Shown here one piece after another: positions 12,889 through 25,449 of a DNA stretch of 64,000 nt. The notes below the pieces were generated by a model. It ran no database searches. It saw only the letters and a list, made by a program, of their open reading frames with translations, and was not told where the DNA came from. This DNA comes from Octopus vulgaris (lineage: Eukaryota), in contig OX597817.1 in assembly GCA_951406725.2 (NCBI GenBank), forward strand, positions 125,612,001 through 125,676,000. Direction: 5' to 3'. A program made the translations under genes and the position numbers. The first letter of the stretch is position 1; the number at the start of each line of letters is the position of its first letter.

Positions 12889-13034
12889 GGTTATTTTTAT
12901 CATGTTCTGATATTTAGCTATATTAGCATTTTTTAATGACTTACTCAGAAGGAAAATCCTTTTAATGACTTACTCAGAAGGTTTTCATTCAAAAATGTTA
13001 ATGTAACTAAATATCAGAACATGGTAAAAACAAC
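12889..13034. repeat. Short fold-back: ~45-bp inverted arms around a tandem duplication of TTTAATGACTTACTCAGAAGG
   Basis: CATGTTCTGATATTTAG...CATTTTT pairs with AAAAATG...CTAAATATCAGAACATG. Confidence 0.75.
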
Positions 13035-13215
13035 AAAAAAAACTTCTGTTTATAAGTAAACAAAAACTACAAGCTAAGTACATTGAGAAACATTATTTAA
13101 ACAAGCAAAAATATAGCAGAAAAAGATAAAATCAAAGTCAAACTCAAATGAGTGATAAAGAAATAGCAGAGAGGGAAACCTCTCTGTTGTCAATATCATT
13201 AAAGAATGGAAAAAT

Positions 13216-13472
13216 GGACAAAGGTGGATCATGGTATGATATGCCACAAACTGCGTGACCTTGGCATAGCTGGAAAACTAGCTGTCAAGAGTCCCAGATG
13301 AACCTACCTCACAGCAAGAGGTGCAAATGAGGGTAGCTATATCAAACTCCATGCTTCACCAAGTGCCACATATTAGAGGAGGCTCTTAGTAATAACAGTG
13401 TAGCAAATCGGCAGTGCATCAGCATGGCCGCAGCTCTGAGCTGAAACTAAAAAGCCAAAAAAAAGATAAAAA
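13216..13472 (+). mobile_element. Internally deleted copy of the CR1-type LINE seen at 61.8-64 kb
   Basis: DKVDHGMICHKLRDLGIAGKL fused to SRVPDEPTSQQEVQMRVAISNSMLHQ, then 3'UTR CAGCATGGCCGCAGCTCTGAGCTGAAACTA and an A-rich tail. Confidence 0.85.
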
Positions 13473-13499
13473 TCAGTCAATTTAAAAATACTTTAAAAA

Positions 13500-14080
13500 T
13501 AAATTTTACTTAAGGTAAATACAAAGTATCTGATTTTTAACCAAATAAGCACAATTCGAAGCCAAAAAGATGAAACAATTACCAAAAAGAGAACAAAACT
13601 ACAACTATTCAATACCATTTAAGCATCTACCAGAAAGAAATTGCTGCAATAAATGCAAACAAAAATAATCACCTTATTCATAACTGCACAATCTTCAGAA
13701 AAGCATGTCAGTAGGCATTTAGCTATTTGCAAACTCTTTCATAAGAACACTGAGAATAAGATATATAAGCATAGTCTATCAAAATCACTTTGTAACAATT
13801 AAATAGCTTCCAGCAAGAAGAACAAAGTTAATTACTCAGATATTATAATTAAAACAAACAGGAAAATGTATGCACTTTGTTGGACACCTGATTTTTTCTG
13901 ACAAAATTGCTGGAAACTGAGAAACTATCAAGGTATAGTAACTTTGAAACGAAAATAGGCCAAATGTGGGATAAGAGAAAATTAGCATCGATAATAATTG
14001 GTGCACTGGGGTAGATAGAAAATAAAAATAAAAAGGACCAAAAACAGTAAAACTCATAGAAAGGCTAATCACTTTAGATG
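13500..14080 (+). pseudogene. Relic of R4/Dong-like non-LTR retrotransposon C-terminus (zinc knuckle plus REL endonuclease)
   Basis: Frameshifted CCNKC...HLIHNCTI...RH and KQTGKC...ETEKLSRYSNFETKIGQMWDKRKLASIIIGALG motifs. Confidence 0.55.
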
Positions 14081-15395
14081 TAATACATAAGAATTCTTGT
14101 AAGGTGCATTACACATTCCAAGCAAGACATTTTCAATAAAGAGCATAGTTCATAGAATCATATGCAAATACAATGAAATCTTTTGAAACATAAAAATAAA
14201 GAAATATCACAAGAAATAAAAGCAAGATTAACTAAAATGCAAATACCACCTTGTGCTGTTGTAAAGCAACCCAGCACATCTCAGTAGTACAAAGTTCATA
14301 CAGGAGAGCTGTGAGAAGTTTACAGGAAACTACTGTATGTGCATGATGATGATGATGACGATGATGATGATGATATTGAACACTAACTTATATTCCTTTT
14401 AACAGCTCTTTTCATTTACATTTTGGTATCTTAATAGAGAAACACTAATAAGTGAGGTTAAGGCAGAAAAGAATACAAATGATGGAATAATACCTTGTAT
14501 TTGCATATATCAGCAACAAAGGAAACAAAAGGAACAAGGAAGAAAAGGAAAGTTTGGGAAGATATAATTGTATTATTGTTGCTTCATAATTGCAATAACA
14601 GTGCATTTTGTGAAAACTTTTTCCCCTTATTGTATTGCATATTTTGCACTAACAATTTGAATTCCAATATTCACGAAGAGAACGTGTTGTAAAAGCTAGA
14701 TTAAGTGAAGTATAAAAGTTTAAGTGATCTTTGAAAATTCTTTCTTTCCCACAATGAAGATGTAAAACAAAATGTTTGAAACAAAGGCTAAACTAACAAA
14801 GTCGCTAGTAAATAAATATATGTGAAAGTGTAGATGCCACATTTCATTTAAAATATTAGCAAAACAAAGAACATAGATAATGCAAACTTTGTTTAATTTT
14901 AGTAACAATACATAATGAGCAGAAAACTAGACAGAGTGAAAAGATCCTATAAGAATGAAAACAGGATAATTTCTAATTTCTATAACCATTTACTCTATCA
15001 TGAACTGAAAAATTCTTCATTGTAGTAATTCTATTCCTTCATTTCTTCCTTACTTCGTATTTCTTCTCTCTCTTCCTTTCTATATTGTGTCACCATATTG
15101 CCTCAAGTATTTATCCTACACAGCAGTATTTTTGTTACACTCTTCAATTTGTTTACATTTGTATCTGTTTACAAGTTTGCTTTATAATTCTTTGCTCTAC
15201 TTCGTTTCACTTCGCTTTGCTTCTCTTGCATATATATATGGAACACATGTCAGGAATTCTACACTTATTTATGATGTATTTGCTTTATGACTCCATGCAT
15301 ATTAATATTAATATCTTAAGCAAACATTCATACAACTAACACACTAACAAAGAAGCAAGAAAACAACACCCACTACAACAACAATAACAACTACG

Positions 15396-15435
<40 letters not shown>

Positions 15436-16109
15436 AAAATACAACAGCACAAAGACAAACCCAACCACAAAGTAATATAGGCAAAATATAAGATATTTTA
15501 ACAAATGGAAACAGATGCATACACATATATGAATAGTTTGAATGTTATTTGAATAAATTGGTGGTGGAATTAACAGTAATTGTCGTTTTGTTTAGTTTTG
15601 TTTGCAGAAGCATCATCCATTGTAATGAATCAGTTAAAATAGGAATAAATTTCAGGAGATTCTAATAATCATCGAAATTTTGTAATCTACACAAAAGAGA
15701 AATCTTTAACCACATGGAAATGGAAAAATATAAAACTACACACACACACACACACATACTCACATACATATGTACATATGTGTGTGTGTGTGAGTGTATG
15801 ATACATTTGAAATTCTTCCATCCTGTTCTGTTCCATTTAATTCATATAAACATTGTTGTCATAGGTCTGATTAATAAATATATAATGTATTATCGTGTAT
15901 TCTCATTAAAAATATCTCATTTTCAAATCGAGAGATGTGCAGGAAAAGATGTTATTTGCATCTACTATGTGTGAATTTGTTGGAATTTTTGAATTTAACT
16001 CTTACCCTTTTAAACACTTGAGATTTAAACAATAGCCCCAGTAAGACAAAATTTGCTATTTAGTTTCTATTTTGTTCATGCTATATTTAACTATAAGGGC
16101 ATAGAAAAC

Positions 16110-16110
<1 letters not shown>

Positions 16111-16140
<30 letters not shown>

Positions 16141-16251
16141 TGTATGTATGTATGTATGTATGTATGTATGTATGTATGTATGTAGGTAGGTAGGTAGGTT
16201 GGTATGAATGGATGGATGGATGTGTGTATGTATGTATATATGTATGCATGC

Positions 16252-16282
<31 letters not shown>

Positions 16283-16305
16283 CATGTATGTATGTAGGTA
16301 TGTAT
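16111..16305. repeat. (TATG)n/(TAGG)n/(TGGA)n compound microsatellite
   Basis: Direct reading. Confidence 0.95.
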
Positions 16306-16940
16306 TGACTAATCACTAAAATATTACTTTTTCAGTTTCTACCCATAAGCACTGAAACATAATATTAAATCTTAGATTAAATTAAACTTCTGTCTACCAA
16401 ATGGACCCATTTCAGTTTTCTCAGTTGCTTTTTCCTACTGTTTATATTATTTGATTCTGCTGATTTCTCGTGACTCTTATTCTTTTCTTGACTCTTTTTA
16501 TTTGTCAAATAGGAAATTTTCCATATGTTTATGAAAGCTAGAAAATTTCACGTTATACATTAATTATCATAAGGGTCCATTGGAACACAGAATTAAATTC
16601 AGACAATACTCTTGTCATTCTAAACAGAATAAAAGCAGTATCAAATATCATTTTCCTAGCTATTTATCAAATATAAGTTAGATAAAATTGTATTCCTTTT
16701 ATTTGCTGAGTTTTAGATAAAATAGGAAACATTATGAAAATACTCCTATAAATTTGTGTGGTATTGCATCACCTTCAATCCTCTAGATTATAGGGTGATG
16801 CAATATCTCTATGTGATGATGCAATTCTTACAATATATTACATCACATCATCTTTCAGGAGTGTATAAATATATGAGAGAGAGCAATATCTGCCTTTAGT
16901 CTGCTATCAAGTTTCATATAGTTCAGTTGTGCTTTCCAAT

Positions 16941-18594
16941 ATGCCTAGACATGAAAACTTGAGTGAATACCAAATATTGAAAAGGTTATTGGAATTAGAT
17001 GAAGAATGGGAAGAAGATAGTAGTGATTCCTTCTATTGCTCTGAAAATGATTGTGAAAGTGATTGTGTGTTGGACAGTTCAGGTTCTGTGTCATCAGATG
17101 AGGAAGATACTCAAAAACAATTGTCTGCAAGCCACCCAATTATGAATGAGCATATTTCCCTGGTTTTAAAGGAACATATACTCGGAATGGGCAGCGCCTT
17201 CTGAACTTCATCTTACAATATTGTGTGCCAAGAATGTGGACCATCAGATTTTGCTAAAAGATCTTGTGATGATACTGTTTTACTATCGTTATGTGCCAGA
17301 ATCTTGAAGTAATTCATAAAAGGACAAATGTCGAAGGTCAGGTTGCTTACAAAGATGAATAGAAGAAAACGATCATTCTGAACTAAAGAAATTTATTGGT
17401 GTTTATAAATCTAAATATGAAAATGTTATACAGTTATGGAATTAAGAAGATGGCTGCCCAATATTCAATAAAATCATGAGCCAGGAAAGATTGCAACAGA
17501 TTTTACGAGCATTGCATTTTGATGATTCTAGTGCACGAAGAAAAAAAGAGAAGTGACGATAAATTGGAGACCATAAGAGAAGTATTTGAAATGTGGTGTC
17601 AGAATTTCCAAGATGGATATGTTCTAAGTTCACACATGACAGTTGATGAACAATTAATTTCATTCAGAAAGCACTGCCCATTCCGAGTATATGTTCCTTC
17701 AAATCCAGGGAAATATGGAATTAAAATTTGGGCAATATGTGACAGTGAAAAATCTTATGCCTGGAAATGCATATCTACACTGAAAAAGACCCAATAAAAG
17801 GGAGAGAGGCAAATCAAGGTACAAGAGTTGTTGAAGACCTAGTAAAAGAACATGAAAATAATGGATGTTATATAATTTGTGATAATTGTTTTACAAGTCT
17901 AGTATTGGCTTGCTTGAAAGCTGCTTAACAAGAAAACTACTTTAGTTTTAACAATTAGAAAGAAAAGAGTTGAACTTCCAAGTGCTTTCACAAATGAAAA
18001 AGAATGAAAAATCAACAGCACAATATTTGGATCTCAAAAGGATTCTACGATCTTATCTTATTGTCCCAAGAAAAATTATGTTGTCACACTTATGAGTACA
18101 ATGCACTCTCAGCCTTCAGTTGATTCAAAAAGTACTGAAAAGAAACCTGAAGTTATTACATGTTACAACAAAACAAAAGGAGGAGTAGATACTCTAGATA
18201 AGTTGGTAAGGACATACATTTACAGAAGAATTACTTGAAGATGGCCTATGGTTATATTCTACAACATGATTGATATAAGTGCAGTGAATGCTTTCATTGT
18301 TGCTTAACAGCTTCACTTGCAAAGTTTAAAGGATAAAAGAAGACAGTGCCTAATTCAATTAATGCTAAACAAGGACATGACAAAAAATCTCCAAGTTCTG
18401 CTAATATTTCTCAGCCAAACAAGAAAAGAAGACAATCTTCAACCTCATTTGAGATTCCTCAGGCAAAAAAAAAACCGTAAGATGTTCTTTGTGGGGCACC
18501 AAAAAAGACAGGAAAACTTGTGCTACATGTTAGAATTGCAATATCCATGTTTGCCAGGAACATTCCAATGTTGCCTGCATTCACTGCCATAAAG
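16941..18594 (+). pseudogene. piggyBac transposase (PGBD4-like), frameshifted
   Basis: Acidic N-terminus; TVDEQLISFRKHCPFRVYVPSNPGKYGIKIWAICD; DNCFTSL; YNKTKGGVDTLDK; RWPMVIFYNMIDISAVNAF; Cys-rich C-terminus (C..C..C..HVCQEH...C..C). Confidence 0.92.
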
Positions 18595-18672
18595 AGGTGT
18601 CATTCTGTATTTTTGTAATTTTAAAAATTTATAATATATTTTGTAAGCGGTATTTTTTTAAATTAAAATTGT

Positions 18673-18832
18673 GAGAGGAGTGGCTGTATGGTAAGTAGCT
18701 TGTTTACCGACCACATGGTTCTGGGTTCAGTCCCACTGCGTGGCACCTTGGGCAAGTGTCTTCTACTATAGCCACTGGCCGACCAAAGCCTTGTGAGTGG
18801 ATTTGGTAGATGGAAACTGAAAGAAGCCTGTC

Positions 18833-18886
<54 letters not shown>

Positions 18887-19102
18887 GTATGTGTTTGTGT
18901 GTCTGTGTTTGTCTCCCTAGCATTGCTTGACAACCGATGCTGGTGTGTTTATGTCCCCATTACTTAGCGGTTCGGCAAAAGAGACCAATAGAATAAGTAC
19001 TGGGCTTACAAAAGAATAAGTCCTGGGGTCGAGTTGCTCGATTAAAGGCGGTGCTCCAGCATGGCCGCAGTCAAATGACTGAAACAAGTAAAAGAGTAAA
19101 AT
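18673..19102 (+). mobile_element. tRNA-derived SINE family B (CORE-like motif) nested in the piggyBac
   Basis: GGAGTGGCTGTaTGGTAAG A-box-like, GGTTCAGTCCC B-box-like, ACCTTGGGCAAGT CORE-like motif, internal (TA)n(TG)n, tail GGCGGTGCTCCAGCATGGCCGCAGTCAAATGACTGAAACAAGTAAAAGAG. Confidence 0.92.
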
Positions 19103-20929
19103 AGTAAACAGTAATTCTTCATTCACCTCATAGCATATATAATGTAGCTAAGAAATAGTGGTAGTTTGAATAAAATTTAATTAAAAGAAAAATATTGGGT
19201 CCATGGTACTCTGTTAGTAATTAGTGACATACATTTTCTCTGGTAGTCCAAGGGTTAATATATATGTGTGTGTGTGTGTGGGTGGGTGTGTCTGTTTCGT
19301 AGGATATATTTTAAATGTTTATATTCCATTCTGTTTTCTTCAAATAGACGTTTTTGTCCAAGTTCTTTAATTAGCATTTAAATATTTTAGCCCTATTAGA
19401 GAACAATGTCTAAATCTATGAAGTATTGGAACATGTGCTGTGAAGTATCACCTATGTACACATGTGTGTTTAAGCGTCTGCACACACACACATGTATATG
19501 TGTCACTGCATGTGTGTTTATATATGTGTGTGAGTTCAAAAAATGTCAGGCTCTGAAAAAGATTTTTTTGCACTTATTATCAGCTAATGGTGAACATGTT
19601 TTATATCATATATGTTATTTCTGAAAATATAGTTTTCTTTTCTCATTCAAATTTCATATGTAATGCATAAAATAGTCTTGGAAAATCAAAGATGAAGAAA
19701 GTTAGAAAACTACTTATGAAATAAAATTAATTTGCTCTCTTTATGTACCTGTCAAGTGATGATATCTGTTACAGAACACCGATCATCAGTACAAGAACAT
19801 GTATTCAATTTCTCTGATATCTTAATGAAATATAATAAAAAAAAAATCTTGTTCAAATCTTGTACACTGGCTTATTGCCATAGAAGTTTGTTATCTTTGT
19901 TGCAATGCTGATGTTATAATATAGAACTTACTGAAGTTATTGTTGCTACTACTATAATTGCCTGCTATTTTAGAAAGTGTGAGTATGGGATTTGTCAGTG
20001 TCTTAATTTCAGACATCGGGTAAGGAAAACCAATTATTTTTCCAGACATGATTGAGATATCATCATAGATATTAAGAAGAATATTTTGTTTTAATCAAAA
20101 TTTCTGCAAAGACCTAATTTAAGGGGATATAATTCCAAAGTTACCATTAACATCGTTGAAAATGATAGATATATGTATTTTGGTAAGATATTAAAGGAGA
20201 AATAACAATTGGTTCAGTTATAATTTAGTCCTGAAATTTCAAAATTGCTGAAAGCTCTTCAAATAGGTGGTGAATCTTAGGTTTGGAATGTGCTCAGAAG
20301 CACTAAGAACATGTCAAAGAATTACAAAAAAAACAAAAAAAAAAAAAAAAAAAAAAAAAAAAACAGAAGGAAAAGTTCAGTGTTGTGTCCAAGAAATAAT
20401 AATGAAATAATATAGCTTTGGTAATGATAAAAGATAAAAGGGTTTTGCGGTAATAACTATCATAGTGGCAATAGCTTATTATAATAAGAGTAGACTTAAG
20501 TAAAAAAAGCAAGAATTTAGCAAAAATTAGAACAGAAACAAGACATAGAGATTGAAGCAAGTAGATGAATGAAGCTGGAAACATTGGGCAATATAATTCC
20601 AAATATAGAAATGCAAATCTATTAATAATGGTAAAAAATCTTTATTGTCTGGTGTTTATTATGCATGAATATAGGACACAAGCCTCATAAGCACATAAGA
20701 AGATATGTATACATATGTTTATACACACATACATATTTATACACATTAGATTTATACATACATATTTATAAACATTAGATCCCCTTCTGTTCCTTTGATT
20801 AAAGTTCATTGTACACATTCTTTGATTGTTTTTGTTTTGATCTATATCGTAGATGCAGGATTAGTTCTAGCATCATATATTATCTATTTGCTTTGTCCTC
20901 ATTATATTATCACCTTCAATTACTTCTAT

Positions 20930-21436
20930 TAGCATATCCTGTGAGAGAATTGAGAATATTGTGTAAAATGAACTTAGCATGATGAAGGTTTCTACTCAGT
21001 GAGTACCATATCTATTTATACCTGATCAAAAGCAATCCAGGATGATCACATCACTGGAATATCTAACATTGTTTGAGGGAGATCTAACCAGTTTGGTTGA
21101 ATGTTTCCTAACCTAGAATGAGTAGAGAAAAAGAGACAATCCATGTAGTGGAAACACTCCTCCTTACCTGCTCCAATAAAAGTCATTTCATCAACAGGGA
21201 AAGTGATGGCCTCAGTATTTTGGGAGATGCAAAGAGTGTATTTATTGACTATTGTCCATTGGGACACAACATCAATGGTGAGTATCTTACCAACTTGTTG
21301 AGGCAATTATGAAAAGCTATCATGGCCTAACAGACACGAAAACCGACAAAGGCGTCTTGTTTTACAAGAACAAAGCTCCAACACATATGTCCTTGGTGTC
21401 AATCATGGGTGTGCACGACTGTGGTTTTGAACTGGT
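20930..21436 (+). pseudogene. mariner transposase fragment
   Basis: KVST.*VPYLFIPDQK (WVP motif region), GKVMASVFW.DAKSVFIDY..GHNINGEYLTNLLRQL, LFLQEQSS/NKAP region. Confidence 0.75.
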
Positions 21437-21569
21437 AATTTTTTAATTAAAATTTGTGAGATTGGTAAAATAGTCCATATTTTACCAGTTCCATTTTTCA
21501 CTTTATTCATACATACAAATATTAATATATATATGTATTAATATATATATATGTATATATTCACACAGA

Positions 21570-21600
<31 letters not shown>

Positions 21601-21714
21601 TCTGTGTGCTTATGTATGTGTGAGTGTGCATATGTATATATATATATATATATTAAACATATGCATACATATGTTTGGGAGAGTGTACAAGTAATGACTG
21701 TAAGTTATAAGCCG

Positions 21715-21773
<59 letters not shown>

Positions 21774-21938
21774 GTGACTATATACATTCTTTCATATAAA
21801 CATATACATACATACGTAAAACTTTATTTCACTTCTTTTGCCAATGGTGTATATTTCAGTAAAGTTATTGTGCCATTGTATCTGTGCCATTATTACTGTT
21901 CACCATCCAGAATATGGTGTAGGGTTGTTAATCTGGAG

Positions 21939-22048
21939 CAGGGATTTCCAAACCATTTTCTGCAAAACCCCAGGGTTCCCTGAAAGTTATTAGGGGTTCC
22001 ACATTTTTAGAAATAATGTTGAAGAATTCCACGTTATTGGAACCACTG
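21939..22048. mobile_element. hAT/Charlie-type MITE
   Basis: Termini CAGGGATTTCCAAAC and GTTATTGGAACCACTG; imperfect 8-bp TSD ATCTGGAG/ATTTAGCG. Confidence 0.6.
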
Positions 22049-22504
22049 ATTTAGCGATTAGCTAAATGTTTTTAGGCTTACCAAAGTCATGCCTCTGTAT
22101 AAATTTATACAGTGTTGTTTGCTGTTGTTCACTGATAGTGCTGTTTGCAAAGCACATTATTCACTATGTAAATAGATGAGTGTATGACATGTGTTAATTG
22201 TATTTGGAGATGAGGAAAATACAAAGATCACACAGAAACCACGGATCTAGCGATTAATTGAATACATTTAGTTTTACCAGAGTCATGGCTTTGTACAAAT
22301 TCAGACTGGTCAGTATTTGCCAATAGTGCTGTCTGGGAAATACATTTCCCACCATGTAAACAACAAGTGTATGACACATGTGTTTATTGTGCTTGAAGAT
22401 GTATGAAGGTTTGTCACATATCCTGAGCAAACATTTTAGTAATGGTGATGTAGCACCCATCAACAGACGTGTGATGTTCACTATTAAATGGTATTTTAAT
22501 ATTA

Positions 22505-22736
22505 AGGCGGTGAGCTGGCAGAAATGTTAGCATGCCGGGCGAAATGCTTAGCAGTATTTCGTCTGCCATTATGCTGTGAGTTCAAATTCCGTTGAGGTCG
22601 ACTTTGCCTTTCATCCTTTTGGGGTCAATAAATTAAGTGCCAGTTACGCACTGGGGTCGATGTAATCGACTTAATACCTATGTCTGTCCTTGTTTGTCCC
22701 CTCTGTGTTTAGCCCCTTGTGGGTAATAAAGAAATA
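22505..22736 (+). mobile_element. Full-length, young SINE family A with 15-bp TSD
   Basis: GGCGGTGAGCTGGCAGAA head, core and tail; GGTATTTTAATATTA at 22490-22504 and 22737-22751. Confidence 0.95.
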
Positions 22737-22894
22737 GGTATTTTAATATTAGCACTGAGCATTCCATTATAAGCACCAAGCATTCCACCTAAAGAGCAGG
22801 TTACAGTAAGGTGGCCACATAATTTTGTAACAGTGTTATTTCTAAGTACATGATAATACAGTAACCTGACCTACAAATGTTGTCCAGTTATTCA

Positions 22895-23031
22895 TGAAAT
22901 ATTAGGGTCGACTCTTATACGGGATCTGTGGAAAATTACTCATTTCTTGGCCAAAAATAGGGGGTCAAGATTTACATGAAATCGACTATTACTCAAGTAT
23001 ATGCGGTGTATATATATATATATATACGGTA
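22895..23031 (+). mobile_element. Right end of a pogo/Tc2-like DNA transposon
   Basis: Repeated GGGTCGACT..TATAC motifs ending ATCGACTATTACTCAAGTATATGCGGT / TATATACGGTA. Confidence 0.5.
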
Positions 23032-23128
23032 AATATATATATATATATACTATTGTGTCTGGGGAGAGTCATTTTATTTTTGTGCCTTATAATCACATAA
23101 AGAATCTTGCAAACCAAGTCCCAAAACG

Positions 23129-23187
<59 letters not shown>

Positions 23188-23599
23188 AAACTTACTTGGA
23201 AGAAGAAGAAAAAGAAAATACATATATATATATATATTCAATGATGAAGCAGTAATTAAAGTTCAGAACTATCATAAGATCTGTCTCTTATTTTATATAC
23301 AATAATAAAAAATCTATAGCTTATGGACAGTACATTTTTCATATATAGTGGTTGTCTACTCCTTATGCAGAGTCTGAGCACTGCTTGTATCTACACCTTA
23401 AATCCATCATGTGGCTTTTTAAACCAAACAGTGTATTGAAAAGACACCCATATAATTTGCATATCCAATTGGGAACACCAAGAGCTGCAGAATTCTGATC
23501 ATCATGTGCGTGTTTGTTTGTTTGTTTGTGTGTGTGTGTGTGTGTATTGATATATATATGATGGTGATGCTGCTGGCATTTTCTTATAATCCCCAAAAG

Positions 23600-23860
23600 A
23601 TATTTCTGCAATTTCTTGCTGAATAACCTCCACAAATTATTTGCTTATATTGAACAGATGATTGTGTTGTACATTAGCTCACCCGCTTCATCAAATCAAG
23701 GTTGCCTGAACATGTGCCACATGTCAAGTATCAAATCTGTTGCAGAGCAGCATGAGATGAAGTTTTTTGCTGAAGAACACAACATTCCATCCATTCCAGG
23801 AACTGAAACCTTGATCTTGTATTTGTGAGTACAACAATCTAACTACTAGGCCATGCACAT
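23600..23860 (-). mobile_element. Old tRNA-headed SINE
   Basis: Reverse complement begins GCATGGCCTAGTAGTTAG...GTTTCAGTTCCTGG...TTGTGTTCTTCAGCAAAAAACTTCAT, similar to the head at 42.6 kb. Confidence 0.55.
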
Positions 23861-24464
23861 TGACATATACATATAGATAGATTTACACTCATATACATAT
23901 ACATACATATATCTAGGTGTACATGTATATTTTTTCTTTTACAAGATATTTCTAAGAAATAAATTTTAGATATAGAGAACACTTTCCTTTTATGATAATT
24001 TAGCATTTATTTACTGAGGCATAAAATTGCATTTGGTGAATAGTCTACTTCAAATATGAGAATATTTAAAGGCTAGACAGCATCAAGATATGGATGAGCT
24101 GAAATGGTAATAACGACAAGAAAAGAAGAGAGTGTGATAAAAATAGTGACACAACTTCATTTTCTTGATCAAATTTTGATATTGGATATGTGTACAATGA
24201 AAAACCACAAGACTGTGGGAAAAACTTGTAATATTAGCAAATTGTAATTTTGATGTTTTACTTTGATTTTAATTTCAAATAGCACACACATACATGGACA
24301 CACACATGCACACACAGAGAGGCACACATACATGCACATTTAGTATTTTCTTGGGACATAGCTTAATAAAGGTGGAGGAAAATAAAGAAAGGATTTTTCA
24401 TAGAAGCTCAATTCAAGATCTCTCAAGTAAATGAATATGTTACTAATATTAGTAGGTCTTATAT

Positions 24465-24830
24465 ACCAAAGTGCACGTGTTACTATCTGGTAATAAGCTT
24501 ATCTCCCAATCACATGGTCCTGTGTTTAGTCCCACTGATTGGCACCTTCAGCAATTGTGTGTGTGTGTGTGTGTGTATGTGTGTGTGTGTGTGTGTGTGT
24601 CTGTGTCTCTGTGTGTGTGTCTGTGTGTGTGTGTCTATGTTTGTCCCATACTGCTGCTTGTTAATCAGTATTGGTGTGTTTATGACACTGTAACTTAGTG
24701 GTTCAGCAAAACAATCCAAAAGAATAAATACCAGCCTTAAAAAATTACTGGGGACAATTCATTGAACTAAGGTGTTAAGGTGATGCCACAGGATCAAAGC
24801 AAGTAAACAAACATAAAACATAAAAGATGG
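24465..24830 (+). mobile_element. SINE family B, old copy
   Basis: CACATGGT..TGTGTTTAGTCCCACTG..TGGCACCTT, (TG)n, TGGTGTGTTTATG..CTGTAACTTAGTGGTTCAGCAAAA. Confidence 0.75.
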
Positions 24831-25449
24831 AAATAAGAGTAAACCTTCTCATCTGGGTCCTTGTCAAGTAAATTGCATACCTTCGCCATAAGGTCCCACT
24901 TCGTACACTTTACTATTTTCCTCACATACTCTTATCACATATACTACCTTTACACATCCCCACATAAATATGACACCTAGTCCTACTCTGCTCCTCCTTC
25001 TCTTCCTTCACCTCCTCATCCTCATCACCACCATCATCACCATCATCGTTATCATCATTATCATTATCATCATCATTGTCATCCTACACTATACTTGAGT
25101 GTTGAGTGAATTCAGTACTGATTCCAAACTCTTGGAAGCATTTGCATCAGGCCACTGGTCTGAGGATAACCTTTTACCCTACCTCTATCAAGTCTCAATG
25201 ATCCCCAAAAAAGAACATGAGTATTAACTCTTTCTCCTCTGTCTACAACGTTAAAAGAAATAACATCAAAATACAAACGTATTCCTTATAACCTATAGAA
25301 AGCCAATTAGAAGAAACAGAGTTATGGAGTAAGGTGAGGTGGCATTAGATGTAGGCTTAGCAAGTACAAATAGAAACCATATACACAAACACTAACCTTG
25401 TGTCAACGTGCTTTTTTTCTAATTGTAGATGGGTCTTTTGTAACAATTC

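Larger units (their letters stand above)
16386..19254 (+). mobile_element. Decayed full-length piggyBac transposon
   Basis: TTAA at 16382-16385 and 19255-19258. Right TIR reverse complement CCCTTGGACTACCA vs degenerate left ACTTCTGTCTACCA; TGGACCC subterminal motifs at both ends; internal transposase. Confidence 0.8.

Noticed and set aside
22505-22600. tRNA gene
   Set aside because: A/B-box-like head continues into the SINE core and tail with a TSD; no complete cloverleaf
24840-25260. Possible decayed pLTR next to the old PLE
   Set aside because: No ribozyme core or second copy left in the window to support it
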